DNA from: Lama glama
Taxonomy: Eukaryota
Direction of reading: 5' to 3'
NCBI GenBank assembly: GCA_028534125.1
Contig: CM052818.1
Span: 47,246,001 to 47,310,000, forward strand
DNA length: 64,000 bases
The stretch's first letter is position 1. The number at the start of each line of letters is the position of its first letter. The translations under genes and the position numbers were made by a program. Below the pieces are notes generated by a model that did not search any database, was not told the DNA's origin, and was given only the letters and a program-made list of their open reading frames with translations. Of the stretch, positions 1-12,639 are shown in pieces.

Positions 1-97
1 GGAAATGCCCTCACAGACACACCCAGAAATGACGTTTATCAGTCACCTGGGCATCTGTTAGCCCCATCAGGCTGACACGTTCAATTAACCATGGCCA
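1..97 (-). mobile_element. ERVL LTR (MLT2B/D-like), 5' end, cut by the window edge
   Basis: The reverse complement resembles the MLT2 start tgtgatggttaattttatgtgtcaacttgactgggctaagggatgcccag...ttctgggtgtgtctgtgagggtgtttcc. Confidence 0.75.
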
Positions 98-1149
98 AAA
101 TCTTCCCTCTTTTCTTCATTTCATAAGATATTTGGTCTCTTTTTCTCATGAACATGTTCCCGAGGATGAGAACACTGCAGGCTACACTCAGTTGTACACA
201 TGGCGGGTCTTGTTTTCGGAGCTCTGGAAGAATTTATATTATCTTTCTTCTATCAAACTCAATGGCGGTCAAATGGCCCCAGAGTCCAAATTCCTTGAAA
301 GTTTACCCTAATATCAAATGACTTGTTTAGTTTGTGTAACATTTTTAAAGATGCTGTGTAAATCTTTTTAATTACATGGAAAATTATGTTTGTGACAGAG
401 AGATTATGGAGGAATTAGTTCAATATGGCCCCATTTGGGGGTAGGAAATAGGCATGGCAGAGAGCTTGTCGCAGACCATCAAATATTTGTCCCTCGGAGT
501 GAAAGGGCGCTGTGAAATCCTCCCACACTTACCGTCCCTAGTGTTCCTTTCTTGGATACGTTATTTGCAACAAATTTAAAGAAGACTTTACAGGAACCAA
601 GGCTGGGAACAAAGTGGGCCATGTCTCACTCGTTTCGCTTCTGCCAAATAATCTGTAAATTATAGTCCATTGCTGTGTTTTCATTAATTGCACATATTCT
701 TTTTCATTTGGCTGCAAATTCCATCACTTTGGCCAAAAATGTGTACTTCTGCGACAGCACGAAGTAAGCACTTTGAAAGGACAAGCAGTTCGGAGAGAGT
801 AGGTAATTATACCAAGGAAACCAAATGCAAGAGGGGAATAAAGCCCCCGGGATTGAAAGGAGAGAAAACGATTAGACGCAGTGAAATCACCTTACAGCGT
901 CTTAAAGAACCAGATGGCCGGGCGAGAGTGAAGGGCCACGTGTGCTTGGCCCTGTCCCTCCCCCTCTTACTTCGTGTCTCCACGTCTGTGCGGTGGGATT
1001 CTTTCCTTCCAGTCTCCTTTCTCTAGGACCAGGTGAAGCAGAAGCAGCCTCACCTGAGAGCTGTGGCACAGGACCCACCCTGGAGGCGCTGGGTCATCTC
1101 TGAGCACCTTCTGTGCGTGTCAACTCTGTGCCCTGCATGCACAACTGTG

Positions 1150-1330
1150 TACTTCTCTCCGTTACACTCAGTGTTAGCCGTTATTGTGACCACCTTTTTC
1201 TCCGAAGTGAAAATTGAGTTAGAAACTGTCATGGATTTTCCCAAGAATTCACTGATCAAGCCGACAGCATCAGGGTTTCAGCCCGGGGGGTCTGCCTCCA
1301 GGGCTGGGAAGGCACAGTACTTGAGTCCTG
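1150..1330 (-). mobile_element. MIR SINE remnant
   Basis: Degenerate MIR core (gaaaattgagttagaaactgtcatggattttcccaag...gggtctgcctccagggc). Confidence 0.5.
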
Positions 1331-1480
1331 AATGCCGCCCTCTGCTTTCATCAAAGATCGCCAGAGACAGTGCCGGGCTGCTGGATGGCTTGGGGAAAGT
1401 GCCCCAGTTCATTCTCCCAAAGAAGATTTCAGATCAGCGTGTTTCAGATGACGAAGAGATGAAACTCCTGTGCTTCTGCA

Positions 1481-1519
1481 GGGGCGGGTGGGTGAGGGGT
1501 GGGGAGAGGTGGGCAGGGC
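1481..1519 (+). other. G-quadruplex-forming motif
   Basis: GGGG-C-GGG-T-GGG-TGA-GGGG-T-GGGG-AGAGGT-GGG-CA-GGG: seven G-tracts with mostly short loops. Confidence 0.6.
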
Positions 1520-2959
1520 AGCAGGACGACTTTCTATCTTGATTTTGCTGTGTTTGTCCAGACTTGCCAAGTAGAGTTTACCTTAACAGAGTGAATTTTA
1601 TTCTATGTAAGTTATACTTTAATTATAAAACTAGAAATAAACATCTCATGATTACTTTTTTTTTTTTCAGGTACAAAACCAGAGCTGGCCATCAGTGGCT
1701 TTGCTATTGAGCAAAGTCTAAGTCGAATTCCCATAAAGGATGGAACCATCACTTGTTCAGACTCACCCCTGAGCTTGGACACCTTTGCAAACTCAGTCTT
1801 ATTACAAAAAGATAAGATTTATAGTTGGTTAAAAGCAAACTTAAATCCTCTCCTGTGTAGTCCTAGTCATCCGAGAGAGAAGAACCTTTTTTTTTTTTTT
1901 TAATTTAAACAAACGATTTGAGTTACTTCGGATTAGTAGACTGGGGATGTTTTGCAGGACATCACTTCCCCATATTTAATCACACAATTAAATGTATTTT
2001 AATAGAAAGCGAATTTGTAGTTTCTAAACAATCAACGCCCTGCTGGGGAAGAGCTTGGGGAGGAGTGGAGAGGCTCTCCTTGATGCTGTACACTTCACGG
2101 CGTGTACACGGCTCACCCCACTGTACCAACAGAGGGGAGAAGTGCCACTGTACGTTGCTACGGAAATTCTCGCTCCTTCTAGAAAGATCAGAGCAAGAGA
2201 GAAAGACCAACAATATCTGAACTTTTCAGACATGTTGGATCTTTATTGCTCACTAAGAGTGAAACCTGACTGAAAAAGCAAATGTGTGCGCGCAACTTCC
2301 AAACGCTCCAGGCTAGGGGACCTGAAGCAACACGGACGGCTCTCAGGGTGACTATCGAAGGCTACATGGGTTTGCTTCTTGTTGGCATTCACTTCTACGG
2401 CCATGCTGAGGGCTTTCCTTCCTTAAGACCTTCTCACATCTTATCAGTGCAGGTTTGGGTAGGAAAACAGAGCCGCTGTAAATATTCCGGGAATAAACAG
2501 GCTTAGCCTGGACCTCGGGGCTCACATGACGGGGCTCACATGACTACTGGGAGATCTCAGGAAGGCGAGCTTCAGCTGGGAGATGAAGGCAGACCTGGAG
2601 GCCTCAGCCTGGGACAGGGAAGGTGGGCGTTCCCAGCGGCATACTGGAACATGCCATGTTTCTCAAAAGTGCCTGAGAAAGCGCCTGCTAACTGCCTCGG
2701 TCTGTAGCAGCCAGGCAGGTGTGACCTGGAGGTCTGTGGAGCAGCCTCTGCTCTCAGGTTTGATGGAACCGCCTTTGGAGAATCATGGAGTTAAGATCCA
2801 TGTGGTTTTGACAGACTCCGTCTTGGACCACACAAGGAAAGGCATCCTGGGAGAGTCCATTGTCCCCAACTTCCCCGCCCATCGCAGTGGCGGCTTCGGT
2901 GGGCAATGCCTTGCAACAGACCATCCATTGCACGGTTGCTGTTTCAACCTCCTGGAACG

Positions 2960-3240
2960 CTGTTCCTCTCGCTCCTACCCTTCAGGGCCCACCTAAGTTA
3001 GTGCAGCCTTCCTGGACAACTCAATCTAAAGCCGGTCCTTCCTAATTAATCTCTCATTAAACCTAAATTTTTTTCTCATGGTGCTTATTGAAATCTGTGA
3101 GATGTGATCAGCGGTTTTACCGTTTGCCATCTATCTCCACAACAGAATCAAAGTTTCCATGAGGGCAAGTACCAAACCTGCTGTGTTTGCAGCTCTGTGT
3201 CTTACTCCTAGCACAGTACCTATCAACAAATGTAGGCTGA
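2960..3240 (+). mobile_element. L2 LINE 3' end remnant
   Basis: L2-tail-like text: ccatgagggcaag...tcctagcacagtacctatcaacaaatgtaggctga. Confidence 0.55.
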
Positions 3241-4001
3241 TTACATTTCCCAATGTTAGCTTTTCTCTGCGGTGTTCTGAGGCCTTTGTAAATGACTCTT
3301 TATCACTTACAAGGTATATGTACTCATCTGAAAAATAAAAGAGGAAAAGAAGAACTACTAAACATCACTTATTTGCAAAATAGTCTTCCAGATACTGTGG
3401 AAGGGGGCATGCAGATGCTAAATAGAACGTGGTTCATGTCTGGCTTTTAAACAATTTAGTCTTGAATACATTGGTTATGACGTAACTGGAAAACGCGCTC
3501 CAAGAAAGCCTTTTACTCTTTCCTACTGAAGTTTGATGTGACCTCGACGTCTCATAGAGGAATATAATCCTTTTACTTGTGTAGTTTCTACAACGGTCCA
3601 GAATATGGGGCTTCTATTAGCTTCCAAGTTTGGGAAGAGGATATACGAGCTGCGAAATTTGGAATTGATCTGTGCAGCCAGGGTTTCAGACCAACATGAA
3701 TATTACTGCCCAGGAAAAAAAAAAAGGTGTTTATAAAAAACCCCCCGGTGGTGCCAGCTTGCTGGGTCTTGAAGCTGCGTATGACTATTTCAGACTCAGC
3801 TGCAGTCACATTTAGTTAGTTCTTGACTTGTGGCGAAAAACAAGAGTGTATGAATCTCTTCTTCGGTTTTTGGATAATACTGCAGAAATACTGTAATTTC
3901 AAGATTTTTCTTTCCTGTAAGAGTGGGGGAGATTAGAAAAAAAAGCCTTTCTTCAGATGTGGTGTCACGGCGTCTACCCACCAGGTTAGATGTCTATCTA
4001 G

Positions 4002-4340
4002 TTAAGAGGGGGATTTTAATTAAAGAACATAAAATTTAAATGGTTTGGAAAATGTCAACATGGTTTCCTATTTTGAGTCCAACACAGATGATAGAACAAG
4101 AGGGTATAAATGAAAATTAAAGAAAAACAAATTCAGAGCAGATGTCAGGAAGTGTTTTTCTTTTTTTTTTCCACGCAGAGAATCATAAATGTGTGGAATA
4201 GCTTACCAGGCAAGATAGTTAAGGCAAAAAGAGGAAGGTCATTAAATAAACAATTAGATTGCAAATAGACTGCAAAACAGTGAGATGTGGCGAACCAAAT
4301 GGTCTGTCTCTTCTTCAGTGTTTGGATGTTTTTGGATGAA
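4002..4340 (+). mobile_element. Ancient CR1-clade LINE relic: ORF2 C-terminus plus 3' UTR
   Basis: Manual translation with a few frameshifts gives LRG.LIKEHKI/NGLENVNMVSYFESNTDDRTRGYK*KLKKNKFRADVRKCF/TQRIINVWNSLPGKIVKAKRGRSLNKQLDCK*. This matches the CR1-type C-terminal pattern LRGDLIEVYKI...RTRGH..KL....R.DVRK.FF.QRV.N.WN.LP..VV.A.....FK..LD. Confidence 0.8.
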
Positions 4341-4938
4341 ATGAAATCTTTGGCCATCCCTCAAGCCTCAAATGTCTAGATCATGCAAAGAGAACTTGCA
4401 AATATTCCAGTGTCTTTATTTCTGCGCTTCAGATGTGAGATTGTTTCATGTCTGTCATGTTGGAGATTTTCACGTTGGAATTCTTCCCCTCACGCACATG
4501 TGCCTCAGGAGAAACACGGAGTGTGAAAGCATTCAGTTCCAAGTAAGAGACTGAAATGATGGATTAGAGATGGACGAAGAGCTGCAGCCACTGCCTTGAT
4601 TAAATCACCAGACTTCATCTTAACACTTTAGCCAATTATGCTTGTGACTGTTTGTGCTGAAATTAGTAACATATTGATAAAACATCCTCTAGTCATGCCT
4701 TATTGTGAGGTTGATGTGCTCCCACCAATACAGGGCGTGTCCTGCATTGAATGATTTTGTCTTGTGTCTTACATTGGCTCTGTCAGGAAGTCCTAAATGC
4801 CCTGTATTCAGCATTTATCAGTAAAGTACAACAATCAGCGGAGTTATTTCCCCACATCGGTAACTGGGGCTTTGATCATGTCAATGGCCACTCTAGCTGA
4901 CAATCATGCCTCTACTCTAAATAGTTTGGCTTTTTATA

Positions 4939-5137
4939 TTTACTTATTAAAAGAAAACTTAATGGAATAATGGTTAATAATTGTGAAGTCCCAGATCAGA
5001 CACCCTCATAGTCAAACATAAGCACAGAAGCAAACTTTGGCTTTAACCAAATTTAAACTAGCCTCTGTAAAATGAAAGATTGGTTCTGAGTTCTCATTAT
5101 GGCTCCTCCTAACATTCTAAAATTCTACACTTAGTTG
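4939..5137 (+). repeat. Exact 199-bp direct duplication, left copy (right copy 5638-5836)
   Basis: tttacttattaaaagaaaac...attctacacttagttg occurs immediately on both sides of the N gap. Confidence 0.95.
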
Positions 5138-5637
5138 NNNNNNNNNNNNNNNNNNNNNNNNNNNNNNNNNNNNNNNNNNNNNNNNNNNNNNNNNNNNNNN
5201 NNNNNNNNNNNNNNNNNNNNNNNNNNNNNNNNNNNNNNNNNNNNNNNNNNNNNNNNNNNNNNNNNNNNNNNNNNNNNNNNNNNNNNNNNNNNNNNNNNNN
5301 NNNNNNNNNNNNNNNNNNNNNNNNNNNNNNNNNNNNNNNNNNNNNNNNNNNNNNNNNNNNNNNNNNNNNNNNNNNNNNNNNNNNNNNNNNNNNNNNNNNN
5401 NNNNNNNNNNNNNNNNNNNNNNNNNNNNNNNNNNNNNNNNNNNNNNNNNNNNNNNNNNNNNNNNNNNNNNNNNNNNNNNNNNNNNNNNNNNNNNNNNNNN
5501 NNNNNNNNNNNNNNNNNNNNNNNNNNNNNNNNNNNNNNNNNNNNNNNNNNNNNNNNNNNNNNNNNNNNNNNNNNNNNNNNNNNNNNNNNNNNNNNNNNNN
5601 NNNNNNNNNNNNNNNNNNNNNNNNNNNNNNNNNNNNN
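5138..5637. other. Assembly gap, 500 N
   Basis: Run of exactly 500 N. Confidence 1.
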
Positions 5638-5836
5638 TTTACTTATTAAAAGAAAACTTAATGGAATAATGGTTAATAATTGTGAAGTCCCAGATCAGAC
5701 ACCCTCATAGTCAAACATAAGCACAGAAGCAAACTTTGGCTTTAACCAAATTTAAACTAGCCTCTGTAAAATGAAAGATTGGTTCTGAGTTCTCATTATG
5801 GCTCCTCCTAACATTCTAAAATTCTACACTTAGTTG
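5638..5836 (+). repeat. Exact 199-bp direct duplication, right copy
   Basis: Identical to 4939-5137. Confidence 0.95.
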
Positions 5837-6607
5837 CTTCTGTCTAAACTGCCTTGCTTTTCTTCAAAGAATTGATAATAATAATAACCTTCTGGAAAAT
5901 CTTTATGGTCTTTCCCATAGGTTTGGCTGAGGGAAAACCAAAAGAGGGGAATGAGAAGAATTAAAAATATATATATTTTTTTAATTTTCAAGAAAGGAAA
6001 GGATTGCTCTTTGTCCTATGTCCCAGGTTATGAATAAGTAACCACTATTAATTAAAGAAACTTACATCACTACACATGCTCTGTATATCAGCCAATCTTT
6101 AGCTAAGGTGTCACCACCTCACTCCCATGGTGGGGGTCATGCGTCTGAAAATTAGAAAAATCAGTAACAGCTCAACCAAAGTCAGCCCTACAACTGTAGA
6201 CAATGGTCCATCAGGGACTGCTTCACTCCGGGGACCTTGCTCTGAAAGCCAGCCTTCCTCCAGTGACCGGTGTGAAACAACTGAAAGTTTTCAATGTCCA
6301 AACAACATCCACTTCTCAAAGTCCAGCCCTTGCTGGCTGGCCTTCCCCAAACCTCCTATAGGACTGTCACTGACTTGGGGACACTGTGTACAACCTGGGA
6401 AGTTCACTGCTTTCATATCACATATAGAGTTTAATTTATTGTTAGTCTGCAAATTTGCAACCCTTTTAACAATTCATTCAGCCCGTTTACTGATGGTTAT
6501 GTGTTTGGGCTTGTGAATGCCAGACACACTGATGTGGCCTTGATGAGCTCAAATGCAGTCTTTCCAAGTCCTTCAGAGGTTACTGTTTTCCTTCTTTTGA
6601 AGATGAG

Positions 6608-8500
6608 GTTTTGTTTCTGAGAGCAGTTTTAGGTTCATAGCAAAACTGAGAGGCAGGTACAGAGATTTCCCATATACCTCAGACTCCACCCTTGCACAGC
6701 CTCCCCCAGTTGTCAACTTCCCTTACCAGAGGGGACATTTGCTACAATTAAGGAACCTTCACTGACACATCATAATCACCCGAAGCCCATCATTTACATT
6801 AGAGCTCATTCTTGGTGTTACACGTGCTATGGGTTTGGACAAATGTGTGATGACATGTATTACATGAAGTATTTTCACTGCTATGCAATTCCTCTGTGTC
6901 CCGACTATTCATTCCTACCCCATGCCCCCAACTCCTGGAAAACACTGGGTTTTTTTTTACTGTCTCCATAGTTTTGCTTTTTCCAGAATGTCATATAGTT
7001 GGAATCATTCAATATATAGCCTTTTCAGATCCACATCTTTCACTTAGTAATATTCACTTAAGGTTTCTCCATGTCTTTTCATGGCTCGATAGCTCATTTC
7101 TTTTTAGCTCTGAATGAATAACATTCCATTGCCTAGATGTACCTGCAGTTGATTTATCCATTCACCCACTGAAGGACATCTTGGTTGCTTCCAAGTTTGG
7201 CAATTATGAACAAAGCTGCTATAAACATCGGTGTGCAGATTTTTGTTTGAACATACATCTTCAGCTCCTTTGGGTAAATACCAAAGAATATGACTGCTGG
7301 ATTGTATGATAGGAGTGTTTCGTTTTGTAAGAAACCATTAGATTTTCCTCCACAGTGGCTATACTTTGCACTTCCACCAATATTGAATAGGAGTTCTTGT
7401 TGCTCCACATCCTCACCAGCATTTGGTGTTGTCAGTGCTCCTGATTTTGGCCATTCTAACAGGTGTGTAGTGGCATTCATTGTTTAATTTGCACTTCCTT
7501 TATGACTTGGGATACGAAGCATCTTTTCGTGCTTGTTTGCCATCTGTGCATCTTCTTTGGTGAGCTGCCTGTTCAGGTCTTTGGTACATTTTTAAATTAG
7601 GCTGCTTTTCTTTTTAATGCTGAGTTTTAAGAGTTCTTTGTATATTTTTAATAACAATCCTTTATCAGCTGTGCCTTTTGCAAATATTTCCTCCCAGTCA
7701 GTGGCTTGTCTTCTTGTTCTCTTGATATTGTCCTTCATAAAGCAAAAAGTTTTAATTCTAATGAAGTCCAACTTACCAATTCCTTCTTTTATGGATCATA
7801 TCTTTGTTGTCATATATAAAAAGACATCACCATATCCAAGGCCGTCTTAGTTTATGCCTATGTTATCTTACAAGGGTTTTATCATTTTGCATTTTTACAT
7901 TTGGCCCTGTGATGCTTTCTAAAATTTTTTTTCAGTATTTCCTCTATAGATGATCATGTCATCTGTGAACAAGGATAGTTTTATTTCTTCCTCCCTAATC
8001 TGTAAACTTTTAATTTCATTTTCTTGTCATATTGCATTAGCAAGAATTTCTAGTACAATGTTGGAAAGGAGTGATGAGAGGGGACAACCTTCACTTGCAC
8101 CTGATATTAGCTGGAAAGCTTCACATTTCTTACCATTAAGTATAGGTTTTTTGCAAATATTATTTATCATGTTCAAGAAATTCCCCTATATTTCTAGTTT
8201 ATTGAGAGTTTTTAAAATCATGAATGACTATTGAATTTTAAACAATCATAAAATGCTTTTTCTGTATCTGTTGATCTGATCATGCAGTTTTTATTTTTCA
8301 GTCTATGATGTAATATGGATTACATTGATTTTTGAATGTTGAACCAGCCTTGCATAAATAGAAGAAATCCTACTTGGTTGTAGTGTAAATTTTTTTTCCA
8401 CATTATTGGGTTCAATTTGTTAATATTTTGTTGAGGCTATTTGCCTCTATGTACATGAGAAACATTGGTCTGCAGTTTTCTTTCTTGTAATATCCTGGTT
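6608..8500 (-). mobile_element. L1 (L1MC1-like) 3' UTR and degenerate ORF2, with an internal deletion near 7910
   Basis: L1MC-type 3' end gagcagttttaggttcatagcaaaactgag. ORF 7154..7480 carries L1 ORF2 C-terminal motifs (GEDVEQQELL, GIYPKELK, CTPMFIAALFIIAK). 7940-8490 is the RT region in antisense. Confidence 0.9.
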
Positions 8501-9099
8501 TTGAGATCACTATGTAGAATTGTGAGCTCTTCAGGAAAACAAGACATATAAAAGACAGTAGTGAAAGACAGAGGCTGCTATACTGATATTTAAAAGCAAT
8601 TACTTTGTCTAGAGATCTTTATAAACCAGGCCAGAAACAATTAGGGAATGAAAATATAAATAAGGTGAATTGTCCATTCCTTTTTATACCTTTTAAGTAT
8701 TTCAGGCATTTCTCAGAGATTGCATTTTTAATTTTAAGAGTTGATTTTTAGGGGAATGTTTTAAACATCGATTCTCACGTTATCATTCTCCTAATGCAGT
8801 CTGCCAGGATGTTCCATTCAGCTGCCACAATCTGCTCCCTGTTTTATAAGGGAGGGGGCTAGTCTCAAATAAAACCAGCTATCTTTCTCCATCTCTGTCT
8901 TTTTCTCTCTCTTTTTGCACCAGTACATTTCACAAAAAAATAAAAGTGCCAAATTTCAGTATTCTTTTAACCTAAAAAGTACAAGCATTTCCTAAAACCT
9001 GTCTTTGGATGCTCAAACTCAAGTTGTTTATTTATATTTATATATTTCTCCTCTTCCTTGGGTATCATTTTGCCTCATCACATACTGTTTACTATTTTA

Positions 9100-9225
9100 T
9101 TTAAATGTAGAGGGCACTTACTATATGCAAGACAAGAAGCACTGTGCCAAACACTGGGGGCAGAGATCTAAAAACAGTATGTTCTTTCTTGCCATGGAGC
9201 TTATGGTCAAGGGGAGAAATAGTTA
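9100..9225 (-). mobile_element. L2 3' remnant
   Basis: gggcacttactatatgcaag...cactgtgccaaacactgggg...tgccatggagcttatggtc. Confidence 0.55.
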
Positions 9226-11609
9226 GCTTACTTCTCTAAGAAAACTTATTCAATGAAAGAGAAATCCAGAGGAGCAATTTAACCCAAGAACATCCAAGAG
9301 TTCACTTTGAACTTCTCTACCCTGAGTTCCTCAAGACTGAGCAAAAGAGGCTATTGAAACAGAGCTGAACTTGGACCCTGTCTGTCACTTATTAGCCACA
9401 TACTTTAAGCTACATATTTAACATCTTAGGGCCCAGGTTTTTGACTATAATTTGGCCACCTTGCTGTACTGTGATAAGGAGATAAGAAAGACACTGTGTA
9501 GGTGATTATCATGGTAGGTGATTAACCAATCTTAGTGATCGTTTCTCCTTCCCTCTTCTTCAAGAACTCCAAGCATACCTTTCCTTATCCTCTTCGTATT
9601 ACTTATTTGCCCTGTCAGTACATCTATTTCATTATGCTACTAAATGGATAAATCCATTCAAAATATCAGTAATGACTGAATCAAAATGGGAAAGCAAGAA
9701 ATACATCATTGAGATATTTGAGCAGTCCAGTAAGGTATGAATCATTACCAATGTGTGTTTATATGACTGAAAGAAATAAATGATGCACTGTTTTTTCTGC
9801 TCTTCACAAGCTTTTGATCGAGTTTGTAGCCATATACACAGGAAGCTTCCCACCCACAAGGATTTCTTCATTTCTTCATTTATCTGTTTGACACATTTAC
9901 AGCAAGACTATGATGATGTATTTCACAAGTATGTGCAACAGGGTATTGGATAGGATTTGACTAGTCTAGATACCTTGACCGGTGCTCAAAGACAGAAGAG
10001 ATAATGGCTCCCCATACTCAAAGGAGAAGTAATTAGATTTCTTCCACTCCCAGCAACCTGAGGGTTGAGAAGCCAGAGGATGATGAAGCCAGTATGAGGT
10101 GACCTGTGTTCCCAGTGGTGTGGCAGTGATGTGGGGTTCCCTGGTCAAAGGGGGTGCTGAAGATGGTAGCCAAGCTTGACCTGCTTTGAAGAGATGAACA
10201 CCAAGAGAGTGCCCGGTGTTATGAGGCCATCGGGTAGACTTGTGGGGGCAGGAGCGGCAGAGGGAGGGAGGGCACTAGAAATGAGATGAAGAACTCTCCA
10301 CGTGTGTCTGGGAAGCATGCATTGTTCACATCCTACAAGGCTTCTGAGGCCCCCTTATATCTGTGTCTAAGGAAAAGCCCATCATTTGGACATATTTTAC
10401 CCACAGGGTCCCAGTAATCATATTATAACAACACCAATCAAATTAGAGTTTGGAATGTTTTTTCAGGTCTCCTGTCGCCCTCACTAGCCTCAGCTGTAGG
10501 AGGAGATAACTAACTGGACGAGGCAGGAACAGCTCACATCTTCTGCGCTGAAGGCTCTTAAGCAGACGGTCAGATCTGAGCTGGGAATGGGGAGGAGGCT
10601 TGAATTCAATGAAAGGAACTTCTACATATTTTCGAGTGAGTTTTATTTCCCCAATGAAATGCTCATAATAGAAAGTAGCCAGGAATTAATGTTAGGGTGA
10701 AAAAAGGCTGATGCTTCAAAGCATGCTGGAAGGCAGTAGTTGGAGAAGAGTCAAACTCTTTGCTAACTGCACCCACCCAAGTTCAAACCCCTCAGTACAG
10801 CACTGAGACCTTCACTGAACTGAATCTTGACCACGAGGGGCCCAGTCTTCAGATGTTACTGGTGATGAGACGATGGGTCTGACTCAAGGGAGGAAACTCA
10901 TGCTCCAAACTCAGTTCACATCCCACCATGATGGCCCAATCACTTAAAATCTCTCACCCTCATGTAGCTTTTTGCAAAGATGATCAGACTTTGTATTATT
11001 TTCCTCATCCTTCACATCAGCCCCAAGTCGATCTTGTGACTTGAGTGGCCAGGACTACATATTCAGAGACACTCATTACTCAAGGGATGAAGATAAGCCC
11101 AGCTGCGTCTCTCCATTACTCACAGAGCCTTGGATCCCACAGAAGGTGCTCATGGGGCTGCCTGATGATATTTGTGACTCAGGATACCCGTTCCCTCCAA
11201 CACAGTGACTCTACACATACATGCATTGTACTGATTGACTTGCCAGAAAAAATATGTCAGAGAGAAGGATTGATTCCAGAGGTGGTAGAAGCCTGGCAGA
11301 AAAACTGGCAAAACCACTATTTCTAGAAACTACTGCCTGTGCCTTCATTTAACTCAGAATTCTTTTGAGGGAGAGGCTCGGGGAACACCAATTGCACACT
11401 TACAGCTTTAGGCGCTAGAAGCAAAATATTTTGACGAATGGTCATATATATTTTTTAAATGATTCACTAATGTACTTCATAAAGGATTAATAAGGAGGGT
11501 TAAATATATTTGATAATAAAAGAGAGAGAACAATAATTTCCTATTCTGTTACCATTAGCATAGTAGTTAGTATGTACAAATTGAATAAATGTTTACCTTG
11601 AACTTGCGT

Positions 11610-11780
11610 GCTGAGTTCACTTAATCCTCATAGTAGGTATTATCCCTAGAATGAGATGAAAATTTAGTTTCTTTGGATAATTTTCCCAAGATCATGTAAC
11701 TGGTTGATACCAAAGGCTAGGTGCTATTTCAACTGTAGCTGATTCCTAAGTATATTCTCTTAACCACTCAGTTATGCCAC
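11610..11780 (-). mobile_element. MIR SINE remnant
   Basis: cacttaatcctcatagtaggtattatcc...ttcccaagatcatgtaactggt...tcttaaccact. Confidence 0.6.
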
Positions 11781-11999
11781 CATTCACGTTTGGGTGGAAC
11801 TTGAGGCAAGACCTGTTCAACTAAACATTAGAAATGACACCTTGTCATTATTTTTTAAGACACTTGGCTTCAATTACAAATATTTATTAGCTGCTTATCA
11901 TTGTTAACAATTCACCATCCTTTACATTCTATTTTCATAATAAGGTAGACAATCTGAAAGTCTCTCAGTCAACAGAGAATTTTGGCTGCTAGGTACCGG

Positions 12000-12470
12000 A
12001 GTTGCATGTTATCCCTTTTAGGGGAATTGTAAAAACAAAAAAAGAGGGATGTGGCATCATCGATAGAAAAGAGAAATAGAGTAGATGACAGAAAGAAGAT
12101 AATTTTTGCAATGAAGTCTTGAAAGAGAGAAAAAAGGAAGAAGGCAGAGGAATCCGATCTCAACACTGCATGGTTGGGGTATCAGGCAGGAAAGGAGGAG
12201 CTGGGACTGACCCACGGGGTCTGATGGCAAGGCTTTGAGATGAATCCACATGGAGAATGTTAGAAAAAACTGGGAAGAGGCTGAAGACTACTTACAAACT
12301 ATTTCTGGTCTCATAAATCCACAAAAAGTAGCTTGTTGGAAACCATGGCATAACTCAGGAGGCAAAGGGAAGACATTCTTAGATATAAGATCAGAAATTT
12401 ATTGAGCATTTTGGTGGAGGACCAGATAAAAGCAAAATAGATGACCCCTAATCTGTTTATAATTCACAGC
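12000..12470 (+). mobile_element. Putative ancient CR1/L3-type LINE, endonuclease-region relic
   Basis: MVGV at 12170-12181 (cf. VVGVYYRPP). ISGLINPQKVACWKPWHNSGGKGKTFLDIRSE/NLLSILVE at 12301-12419 (cf. MGDFNYPDICW...KFL...DNFL.Q.V.EPTR). Confidence 0.45.
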
Positions 12471-12639
12471 TAAGGCAGATGAATAACCCTCATCTCATCG
12501 ACACTAAAAGAGAAGACCGATAAAACTGAGGGAAAAAGAATGATGAAGAGAAATTAATTTACAAAACACATGATCACTCGTGTAAGTTGATTACATGACA
12601 TTAATATTGGTTTGTTGGGGGTAAGTTTCTTTAAGCTTA

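Noticed and set aside
688..1542. Tandem 112-aa and 169-aa ORFs
   Set aside because: Non-ATG starts, no recognisable domain, and the second overlaps a MIR remnant.
1651..1890. Poly-T/CAG acceptor at 1670 followed by an open frame (TKPELAISGFAIEQ...)
   Set aside because: No convincing donor site and no recognisable protein. The T-run is more likely a simple homopolymer next to an L1 tail scrap.
2517..2544. 14-bp tandem duplication ggggctcacatgac x2
   Set aside because: Ordinary slippage microduplication with only two units.
5135..5710. 191-aa ORF (and ORFs at 49566-50231)
   Set aside because: Translation through N gaps; not real.
7154..7480. 108-aa ORF with protein-like motifs
   Set aside because: Degenerate L1 ORF2 C-terminus, not a host gene.
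10467..10635. Possible exon (tttcag ... ga/gtgagt)
   Set aside because: Short pyrimidine tract, weak exonic donor context and no supporting coding signal.
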